From NCBI GenBank assembly GCA_976551045.1, contig CDPCPM010000022.1:8990001-9054000 (forward strand): a DNA stretch of 64,000 bases, read 5' to 3'. Source of the DNA: Glaucostegus cemiculus. Taxonomy: Eukaryota. Below are positions 54,017-64,000 of this stretch, piece after piece (the stretch's first letter is position 1; every line of letters begins with the position of its first letter). The notes under the pieces are model-generated. The model had not been told where the DNA came from and did no database searches. It worked only from the letters and a program-made list of their open reading frames with translations. The position numbers and the translations under genes are program-made.

Positions 54017-54940
54017 AGCAGTTTCTTGTAAAGTGTCCACATTCTTTTCATTTAGGTATGCAGCTATTTCAGCTGGTACACATCTTTTAAAGTCTTCTAT
54101 TAAAACTAATTCTGTCAATTTCTTATAATCATCAACTACATCTTTCGCCATACACCATCGTTCAAAACATATTCTCTTTCCATTGGCAAACTCCATGTAT
54201 GTTTGATCTGAAGTTTTCTTCAAGTCTCTAAACTTTTGTCTGTACGCTTCTGGTACCAACTCATACACTTTCAAGATTGCTTGTTTTACCTTTTCATAAT
54301 CAGCTGCCTCCTCCACAGACAAAGCAGAATAAGCTTTTTGAGCTTTGCCTTTAATCACACTCTGTAACATAAGAGCCCATCTCCTCTTTGGCCAATTTAG
54401 ACTCGTAGCAACCTTTCCAAAATGTTGGAAATACTGTTCAACCTGATCTTCATCAAAAGGAGGGACTAATCTTACCTCCCTACTGGCTGAAAACTCATCA
54501 TCAGAATCAGAATCTGAACTCTTTCTCTGCATTCTTAACTCATGCTTCCTTTGTTCCTCCCTCTCTTTATTTTCCAGCTCCATCCTCCTCAATTCCAACC
54601 TCTTTTCCTCTAGTTTCCTTTGTTCTGCTTCAGACTCAAATTTCAATCGGTCCCTTTCTCGTTCAGACTCTAGTCTCCTTTGCTCTCGTTCAGACTCTAT
54701 CTTTGCTAACTGAATTTGGGCATCAGAAATCGTTTGTTCACTGCCAGGAAATTGTTTTACTACTCCCTCTTCAAACACTTGCATCTTCACATAATGACCA
54801 GCTATTATTCTCTGGATATCTGCTTTTCTCATAGATTGTGTTACTGTCGTAAGTTTTAGCTCTGTAGCAAGAATTAATAATTCAGACTTCTTCATTCTCT
54901 GCAATCCACTTGGTGTGGGTTTTTTCATAATCACCTCCAT
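53999..54940 (-). CDS. gag: Retrotransposon Gag (coiled coil plus capsid with SCAN-like C-terminal domain), C-terminally truncated, open frame of 313 aa
   Basis: ATG at 54940, ~150 nt downstream of the PBS. Motifs VPPFDEDQVEQYFQHF, WALMLQSVIKGKAQKAYSAL and YELVPEAYRQKFR...LVLIEDF are typical of Gmr1-like Gypsy gag. No CCHC knuckle; the stop codon is supplied by the inverted LTR copy. Confidence 0.88.
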   Translation of the reverse strand: MEVIMKKPTPSGLQRMKKSELLILATELKLTTVTQSMRKADIQRIIAGHYVKMQVFEEGVVKQFPGSEQTISDAQIQLAKIESEREQRRLESERERDRLKFESEAEQRKLEEKRLELRRMELENKEREEQRKHELRMQRKSSDSDSDDEFSASREVRLVPPFDEDQVEQYFQHFGKVATSLNWPKRRWALMLQSVIKGKAQKAYSALSVEEAADYEKVKQAILKVYELVPEAYRQKFRDLKKTSDQTYMEFANGKRICFERWCMAKDVVDDYKKLTELVLIEDFKRCVPAEIAAYLNEKNVDTLQETARLAAK

Positions 54941-55090
54941 TGCTACTGGTTTCCACACACACGCCAATTAAGAAAATTTATTGGACTAACCCCAATGTCC
55001 AAACTCAGACCTCCAGTACCAATCTTAAGTTTGACTGCAAGCCAAATCTTTGGACTGGATCCCAGAACGACACTCATTAATCTTGGGAAG

Positions 55091-55108
55091 ATCCCGGACG
55101 AGCCCCCA
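55091..55108 (-). promoter_or_regulatory. Primer-binding site, tRNA-Pro
   Basis: Minus strand TGGGGGCTCGTCCGGGAT is the canonical 18-nt tRNA-Pro PBS, directly downstream of the LTR end. Confidence 0.95.
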
Positions 55109-55112
55109 ATTT

Positions 55113-56043
55113 TGTTACGAAACCAGCAACAAAAGAAGCACACCAATTCATACTTCAGTGTTAACTACTTTATTAATAACTACATCCGATAATATGCAAA
55201 ATAAGAATAAAAAGTTAGTATATTAGTACACAATAAAATGTTAGAATCTTAAACTATAACCCCAAAAACTACTCGTCGTGTGTGTGCGGCAAGTTCCTAA
55301 ACTCCAAGTCCAGGAATTAGTTCTTAAAGTTCAGTTCAATAAGCCGTAAGATGACACGAATAAAGGCTTCTTCACAAGCACTGTCCACCGAAGACAAAAC
55401 ATAGCTATAGAGAGAGATTAGAGAGGAATCACGAAATCCAAATGTTCCACTTGAAACTCAAACGACACTTCAGGGCTTACTCGGTAGTGACTTTCTCACC
55501 CTGAAAACTCCTTGTATGTTGACTGTCCATGCAAATACCTGTGTTCTTCTACAGGTTAGCAGCAAAGTGAATTCCGTCACTTTGTTCCACAGTATCTGCC
55601 ACTCTGAAGAGCATCCAAAATGTGGTTGTCCACGCAAACACCTGTGTCCTTCTACAGGTTAGCAGCAAAGTGAATTCCGTCACTTTGTTCCACAGTATCT
55701 GCCACTCTGAAGAGCATCCAAAATGTGGTTGTCCACGCAAACACCTGTGTCCTTCTACAGGTTACCGACAAAGTGAACTCCACTGAACTACTCCAGAAAT
55801 CCATCCACGGATTTTAGTGACAAACACAGTTACTGTCCTTCATCCATCGACAGAAACAAAACAGGCTGCCATCTCTCCTTCTTCTCTCTTTCTATCTGTC
55901 TGTCTGTCTGTCTCTCTCTTATCTTTTTTCTTTCTTGCAATGACCTCATCACGTTAGTCTTATCTTCTATTGACGTAATACGTTGCACACACACAATGTC
56001 CCATCTTAAAGGGATATTTGCTTAAGTAAGCTACTTCGTAACA
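55113..56043 (-). repeat. 5' LTR (931 bp) of the Gypsy-type element
   Basis: Minus strand runs TGTTACGAA...TTCGTAACA (TG..CA with a 9-bp terminal inverted repeat). AATAAA at 55174-55169. A PBS follows 4 nt after the end. Confidence 0.9.
55524..55783. repeat. 103-bp tandem repeat (~2.5 copies) inside the LTR
   Basis: The anchor ACAGGTTA recurs at 55551, 55654 and 55757; the two full units look identical. Confidence 0.9.
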
Positions 56044-56189
56044 CAGCTTTTAGTGGAAATTCTTTGAATTCTATTCATCTTCATATCTTCCAAAAGTTCT
56101 TTTCATTTTTGTTAACACTCAAATGTAAGATTCCCTCTATTGTTTTAAATTGAGCTCAGCCAATGAGCAAAGACAAAACAATTTAAGGT

Positions 56190-58390
56190 TTGCAGTGCAT
56201 GCATATAAATGGAAGGAGCATGGCAGATAAGACTGGTAAGCTGCAAGCACAACTTGCTTTATGGGACAATGATATGATGGTGGAGACATGGCACAAAGAA
56301 CAAGAGGATTGGAGGATTGACACCTAATATTTCTGAGTACAAGATATTAAGGAAAGATACAGAAGGAATAAGGAAAAGAAATTATGAAGGCAATGAAAAA
56401 TGTTGTAGTTGAAGAGTTAAGGACTGATTCTTATTGGATTTAAATGTGGAACAAGAGAGAAGCTGTAACATTGCTTGTGTACCAAAGGCCACTAAGTAGT
56501 GAAAGGAAAGTAGAAGAAGAAATATATTGGAAAATTACAGAAAGACACAAAGATCACACACACTGATATTGACCTGAATAGAGATAGATGGGACAAATTC
56601 CGAAAAATGGCATGCCAACTTTCTTGGTCAATTAGCAAGAAAACAGAACTGGAACTGATTCTGGAGAATTAATGTGAAGGAACAGCAGGCAAACGTCCTT
56701 GGAAAGCAAAATATTAAAATAACATAGATAGTCAAGAAAATTGTGAATATTTTCCTTCTATCTCCAGAGTACAGAATCTGCCATAGCCAAAAATGATAAC
56801 CAGAGGGATAAAAATAAAGAGGAATTAGTTAAAAGATTGTGGCCTTTGAAGTAGGAAAGCCACCTGGTGGGATGGCATGAACCTGACACTTTTGAGGAAA
56901 AGATAGAAATTCCTGAGCACGGGACTACAGTGTTTCAGTCTTCCGTGGATAAGTTGATGACATCCATGGATTGCAAGTGTTGCATTTTTGCTTAAAAAAA
57001 AATCACAGAAGGCTAATCATAGCAAGTACAGGCCATTTAAGTGATTGTCAGTTTTGAGGAAACCTTTGGAGACAATAAATCAGGACAATATTAATTGTAA
57101 AGGTTCAGACTAGTAAAGTGTATACAGATGTGTTAATGTTACAGATAAAGATGAAAAGGATAATGTGGTTAATGTGGACCTCAAATGGAACTTGCCAAGC
57201 TATTGCAAAAAAAGAAGTTAGCAAAATTATACCCCCAGGATACAAAGGATTAGAAAATAGTGGTGATTTTTTTCATAATGTAGGGAAGAGTCAAACAGTA
57301 TTTTATTAAAGCTTATTTCAGAATAAATGGTATTCTTCATCAATATCTTTAACTTGAACTTACCTTAAAGTGTATAATTACAACTTAAAAATGATACATC
57401 ATTTCAAAATATAACAAACAATGTAAACATAGTAATAGGTAGAAACATTGGGTAGACATGTGACTGGTTTGAAATTCAATGCAGAGAAATGTGAAGTAAC
57501 ACATTCTGTTAGGAAGAACAAGGGGAAACAACTTGCATAGTTGGGACAATTTTGAAGGAGATTAGGAACAGTGTGGCCAGGAAATGTGTGTACAGCCCAC
57601 TGCTGCACTATGGCAGTTTGGATAATGGAAATTCACCTTCATGGAATTCACAAATCACTATAAAAAAATCTGGGCTATGAAATAAAAACTTGCTCTTACG
57701 GAATTTATGTTTTAAAAAATTAATTAATTAACAAGTTTTTTCCAACTTGCATTTCTTGGCACATGCATAGATGATAGAGCTTTGCATTATGGAAAATCGC
57801 AATACAGCAGTATGGATTGTTTTCTAGGAACACAAGCCCCCACTTCCTTCCCCATGCCACCCCCCCCCCCCAGCTACAACACATAACACTGTAATATGGG
57901 GGTCATCTGCACAAACAGGTTGAGAAAGCTATTGAAAACATACAAGATCTTTTGCTTTATAGATGGAGGTACATTAAAGCAAATAAGGTATGCTGAGTTT
58001 TTATGAAGCATCATCCAAAGTACTGAACCGGGAAGGAGATTTGATGGAGATATTTAAAATAATGAATGGTTTTGATGGAGCAAATAAGAAGAATTTTTTT
58101 TTGTGGGAGATGGGTCAGAAACCAGGAGATACAGATTTAAGATTATATCAAAAGAACCAGGGGCAGCATGAGGAAACATTTTCTTGTACCCAGAAGTCAC
58201 TGTGTTCTGGATTGCACCAATTGAAAAGGTGGCAGTAGCTGAACAATAAGTATTACTCAGAAGTGAGTAATATACTTCAAATAAAAACTGCATAACTATT
58301 GGAAGGTAAAAGGGAACTGAATTAATTAGATGGTTCTATCAAAGAGCTGGCACAAACACATTGGGCTGAATAGCCTTCCTCTTTGGTCCA
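56190..58390 (+). mobile_element. Very old CR1 remnant in the last NLGN1 intron
   Basis: Decayed ETW, WxLKFNAEKCEVTH and GDLMEIFKIMNGFD motifs, with a CR1 3' UTR (gggctgaatagccttcctct). Confidence 0.6.
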
Positions 58391-58940
58391 TCACTTTAAG
58401 TTGACAATAATTATGACAGACAATTACTTTTGGTTAAAAATGACCCAATTCAACTTCATTCTACCTTTGACATACTAAAATGAATACTTGCTCACTTTCT
58501 TGCACTCAAACTACAATCTGTTAACCAGACTTTCAATTCATTTTAATTTTTTTGTTTTCTATATTGTTGTTGCTGGGGTTGTATTAAGTAGCTGCAGCGA
58601 GAACTTCAATTAAATAAGAAAACCAAGGCTGTGCTAAAATGGTTTGAAAATATTTAGGGAAATATTTAATAAGCAGATGTAGGGAATGCAATTTTGTTTA
58701 TAGCCACTTTTATTGAAGTTGGCAATTTCCTTAGAAGTAAATTATATCAGAAATATCCAACATATCTGAATGCAATCAACATATCATTGCGGTGGTCTCT
58801 GGATTAACAACCAGATGACCAGACAGAGGTTAGAAGCAGATAACAGTTTATATTAGAAGTACCGAGGTTAACATCAAAATTTATAAATAAACAATTTTTG
58901 GTAATATTTGTAGTATTATTAATTCTTACCCATGACTTAC

Positions 58941-59730
58941 CCTGTTTTTGCAAAGTTAGTCCAGTACGTCATCACAACAGCACTTAGCATGACATCATTT
59001 TTGGAGAAATTACAAGGGAAAAGTTCAGTAGCACCAATCATTGGAACCCCAAACACATAAGGAATTTCATCTCCATGTGATGCATCAGCCCAAGCTGGCA
59101 TCATGTCACTCTGGCAGTGATGATAAAAGGCATAGAAGAAAGTGGGTGAACCAAACCCTGAATGTAGGTCAGCTGTAGCCACTGCTGGTGCCACCCATTG
59201 ATGGTCAGTAAACAAAGCCAACAATGTTTTCCTCCGAGTTTCCGGATTATGACGGTCCGCCCAATCTGTATACATGAACTTGATGGTCTCCCTTAGGACA
59301 TCCTTGCCTTCAGGATAACCATACAAGTTATCCACAAAATTAGATACAGCAAAGTCGAAATCACTGGCTGAAACTCCATCCTCGTTGTCCACTATGTTTT
59401 CAACAAATTTATATCCCTCACCTTGGTTTACTCCCAGCATGATGTCATAGTTAAGGAATTCACCCTGTTCCATTAGAATCTGAGGATCATCTGGTATAAC
59501 ATCTCCATCAATGACTGGTCCAAAGGCAATATGGTATCTTGCAGGCTGTATGTCCTGTTCAACAAGTTCCTTGTACTGTTTGGAACGTAAACATTCAATC
59601 AAGTCAATTGTATCTATCATGTTGCAGCCAACTTTTGTGGCCAACTGCCTTGCGAACTTTGCTGGCTGATAGCTGACTGCCCAGCTGGACAAAGCAGTAC
59701 CACTTTGTGCTATTGCTCTCTGAAAAAGGC
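58941..59730 (-). CDS. NLGN1: Neuroligin-1 large exon (790 nt; [19 protein letters not shown]...WTNFAKTG)
   Basis: Acceptor ccacag|GC at 59732-59731 and donor AGG|gtaagt at 58940-58939; phases match both flanking exons. Contains NLGN1-type [14 protein letters not shown] and [16 protein letters not shown]. Confidence 0.97.
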
Positions 59731-61156
59731 CTGTGGACAGATATCACAAAGGGTACTAAGAAAGTCATCAATGTTTATTACAACATTTAATTGTTACACT
59801 TTAATGAGAACTAGAGGTGGCACTTGATCATCAAAGTGGTTCAAAAGTATTATTCCCTTCAAAATTCAAAATTCTATAATGTCTTAATTAACTGGTCACA
59901 GCACTTGAGAATACCTAAAATTGAGGCCTATCAAGAAAATAAAAGTACTTGTAGTTATCTATGCTTGTTAATACTTTACACTTAATTTTACATCCACCTT
60001 ATGGATTATTTGATGAATTTATTTAGTATTTGATGGTCACTATCAAATTTCCAAGTAATATTATAGCTATAGTTTTAATGGCATAGCTGCTCACTTTGCG
60101 AGTTACTGAACTAAAAGTTCCATATTCACTACTACTTAAGTATATTTATTAATTCACATTATAATAGAATTCTGACATCATTACACACATAAACATTCTA
60201 TTTCACCAGAGAACACAATTTAAATTATAATGTAACATATTTAAATACACAGAACATTTCTCCTCCATGGATTCTGATGGAATGTTGGCACCTGTCTTTT
60301 CTCTTTGCAGGTTTGATGCATTTATCTCTTCAGTCTTTTTCCACGTTATATTTTGTATAGCATTCTTATGCATCAACATATTAAGAATTAACAAAAGCTA
60401 TGGCCTACCACATTAAGTAACAAATCATCATCTAATCTTTCGTGGTAAACAATTACAGAGATGTTCTGTAAAGATTCTCGATCATTTTAGCTGTTTGGAA
60501 GGTTATTTATGAACTATAAACAGTAACAAAATACTGAAAATATGCAATATATTCTTTTTTCACCAGCTCCAACAACTGCTGAAAAGTATATTAGAGAAAA
60601 AATTAGGAAAAATCAATCATTAAATGCATTAGGGTGTTATATTTTACAGTAATTAATGGTAAAAAGAAACAGTATTTTATGTTAATTTACATGTTGGTCA
60701 CTAAAGAGTTTAATCAAAACCTCAAGCTATGGCAGCTACTCTGAACCTCAGTTTGCTGTGTAAGAGAGGCATTACACATTCTTCTGACAAATTCACAGTA
60801 TAGTTTAAAAATTCTCCACAGGACGATACACTAAAACACCAATTATATACATTTTCAAGAAACTAAATGATATTCTCTTTAACTCAAAATGTCTTCAAGT
60901 GTAGCAGCGTCATTTCTTGTGGATTAATTTTAAAGTATAAAAAGAAGAGAAACCCCTTAGCACTTTAAAGAACATCATATTTCCGACTACTGAGGATGTG
61001 TTTGAACAAAGAGAAAACCAAGAGAATTATTTTGAGCCTTGCAAGCCACCATCACGTTAAACACATGAAAGAAGAGAACATTTCAGAAATTTATGTTTGA
61101 CTTTCAATTTCAAAATAAATTACTCACATTTGCTGGATTAATTGTAAAATATTTTG

Positions 61157-61159
<3 letters not shown>

Positions 61160-61193
<34 letters not shown>

Positions 61194-61213
61194 TATATAT
61201 AAATATATATATA
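61160..61213. repeat. (TA)n microsatellite, imperfect
   Basis: Directly visible dinucleotide run. Confidence 0.95.
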
Positions 61214-62555
61214 ATATAAAATATTTTCTTATCAGGAAAATTCTAAGTACTAAACTGCAATCTACATTTTAGGATAAAATGACAAAGCAACTTCAGATTT
61301 TTCAACTCAATTTTTGCATCATGTGACAATGGTTCTGTGCATCAGCATGACAGATGATAACTGAAGGAAGATGAAGTATTCAAAACTTAAAATACACAAA
61401 TTGATCAGTGCATCAATGGACTCCTTTTATCATGGTTTAAGGTGGAGTTCAATTCATAAAGCAGCTTTCAATAAGTCATCAAAAATGTGATCATGAAAAA
61501 TTTAGTTTGGTCACTTTTGCAGCACTTTCAGCACTGTGCAGGCATAAAATATATTTAAGATTATTGAAACAGACAGCAAAGATTTTGAGACAAGAGACTC
61601 CACGTTGTTAATATTTCAAATTTTCTGATGTATTTTTAAACATCATGTTCTATGTAAGCTTCCACACAACAGGCTCGTGTCTTGCTTCATGTAATCCACA
61701 GACAGTAAAATATGAATAAAGTAAGGATGTAAATTTGCCAGTTAATTATTGGTGAAAGCCACAAATTTGCATTTCCATTAGTCTTTCAGGAGACTGTCTC
61801 CTAATTAAGTTTGTTTTTCAAAATTAAAATATAAAGTAATCGCACAACAATAATGACAGTGGACAAACAGAATTGATAGGCAGGCAATGGGCATGCATAA
61901 GGGTGAGAACTGTATGTGGAGCAAGATGCAGAAAATAAATTTGATGAATTAATGGATGATCAAGTTTGCTTCTACCTAAAATCTAATCTACTCTAGTAGT
62001 GGTAGGCATATGGGGTAAACAGATACTCACGCACATAAACATCTGCTTGTGACCTTGATGCTTTGACAATTTTGGATCATGCATGCAAAACATTCAAACA
62101 TTTTTCAAATGACAGCAAGCAGCTCATGCATTCTCAAACAAAAGATTTCTGAACCAGGCACTGAATTTTTTCCTTCATTTTATTTGAAATTCTACAATCC
62201 AATAACATCACTGATGGAAGAATGAAAGTAGAAAGTGGAGTGGCATGACAAAAGGACTTTAATATATCTGCCCATCATTAGTAATATCATTTGGCAGCAT
62301 ATATTTCAAGAGTGGGTTTATTTTGACAAACAACCACTTTTATAAGAAGGGGAAATAACCAAAAACATCAGCTACTTTGATGTGCTGGCGTGCTGTTCAG
62401 AAGTCCACTAAAATTTTTATTTTGCTGTTGTTTATAAAGATCAATAGGCTAGAGAAAATGTGTCACTCAAAATGTGAGCATGCACATAAGAGTTGACTCA
62501 GAATAAAAAAAATCTAATACAGCCAAAAAGATTGCTCTTTTCTGAGTTTCAGTCA

Positions 62556-62939
<384 letters not shown>

Positions 62940-64000
62940 TCAGATATATTTGAATTATTTATGTCATATTCGCAGTATTTCAGTTTCATGGTGTCATAAA
63001 AATTTTGGATTTTTCAGAGGTTCAGCAATTAATAAATTGCAAACAAAAATGTACCAAATAAAGTTATTTTCTAACCATGGATAATCTTCTTCCTGCAGTG
63101 TTATTTTCTAACATGGACCAAAAATCTCTGCTCAGATCAGGATTCAGTGTGTCTGGGACCTAACTTCTCCTGTTTATGTTCAGCTTTAATTGTTACAAAT
63201 GTTCATGTGGTATTCCTAAATTGCTGTTTTCAATTTTCACTGCAACAATTGATTATCATTTGACAAAAGTGGAATTATCGATTTACTTTTTATACAAAAT
63301 GGGGTGTTTCACCACCTCCAGTGGAACAAACCAAACAACCACTATCAAAAAGTATCAGTGACATTCTACAGCACTGACACTTCCACTTTCAACAGAAATA
63401 AAATGAGTTACTTTAATTATGATTATATCAATGCGACGATTCCTATTATTTTGTATGTTGAGAAGCAATCCATTAGATGTACAAATACATTGGTTTTCTT
63501 GGATCAATAACTTGTTGTTGAGCATTACTCAGCATTACTTTTCCATTAACTTCAAAGCTAAAAGAAAATAAGGTACTATGTAAAGCAGACTGCCAATTTG
63601 CTATGAGCCTGTTTTATGCAACAGGTGTAAACCAGCTTCACTTCTGCAGTCCTGATGATTTTCTGTTTTTCATGCAAATATATACTGGTTTCCCTAGAGA
63701 ACAGATATTGAGTTCATGAGAAGTATTTGCACTAGTTTGCCACAGCACCATTGGTACATGTTTTTCATCAGCTCATGTCAAGCTTTGGACGTGGCAATAT
63801 CATTGCTTTGCCCATTAGTGTGCATTAAGCAAGAATAGTTCCACAAGTGACATGCATCTGCAACAATTAACTAATGCTGACTGATGTCATACTTGTACCT
63901 CTTAAAGGAGAATCCAATCACTGCAAGAAGCCCATTTGGGAACCACACACAGAGGAATGACAGATGAGGAAGGACATGTGTTTTGTGGATGTAGTGCACG

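Larger units (their letters stand above)
53629..56043 (-). mobile_element. Rearranged Gypsy-type (Gmr1-like) LTR retrotransposon with 388-bp terminal inverted repeats and a 4-bp TSD (CAGC)
   Basis: Begins TGTTACGAAGTAG at 53629 and ends CTACTTCGTAACA at 56043, with CAGC at 53625-53628 and 56044-56047. Contains an LTR, a PBS and gag, but no pol. Confidence 0.93.

Noticed and set aside
53868-54128. 86-aa plus-strand ORF sharing a peptide with ORF 55549-55740
   Set aside because: A by-product of the inverted LTR duplication; no evidence of a gene.
55091-55108. Gammaretroviral ERV or a tRNA gene, suggested by the MLV-identical PBS
   Set aside because: Only the 18-nt complement of the tRNA 3' end is present, and the gag motifs are Gypsy/Gmr1-like.
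55524-55783. CRISPR-like array
   Set aside because: Contiguous tandem units with no unique spacers, in vertebrate DNA.
53629-56043. DNA transposon or DIRS element, suggested by the long terminal inverted repeats
   Set aside because: No transposase or tyrosine recombinase. The tRNA-Pro PBS, gag, TG..CA LTR and 4-bp TSD all point to a Gypsy-type integrase element.
57590-57910. Possible second Tigger-like MITE interrupting the intronic CR1
   Set aside because: The termini are too degenerate to show TIRs or a TA duplication.

Overview
AT-rich, repeat-dense vertebrate genomic DNA, probably from a cartilaginous fish (inferred from the repeat families). The only cellular gene I can support is the 3' end of neuroligin-1 (NLGN1) on the minus strand. 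It has three coding exons (62651-62863 including the 27-nt splice-site-B insert, 58941-59730, 52616-53435) and a probable ~4.2 kb 3' UTR ending near 48455. Positions 1-48 kb are intergenic: nested and decayed CR1, Rex1/Babar, RTE and Penelope retroelements, tRNA-derived SINEs and a pogo/Tigger-like MITE. The most unusual structure is a young 2.4-kb Gypsy (Gmr1/SCAN-like gag) element in the last NLGN1 intron. It has one full LTR, a perfect tRNA-Pro PBS and an open capsid-only gag. Instead of pol and a 3' LTR it ends in an inverted 388-bp copy of its own LTR start, so it has long terminal inverted repeats, yet it carries a clean 4-bp target-site duplication. A SINE at 18.1-18.3 kb shows the same microhomology fold-back in miniature, and several short Penelope-derived palindromic elements carry decayed hammerhead-ribozyme cores. 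All family assignments come from recognised motifs, not database searches, and boundaries of old repeats are approximate.
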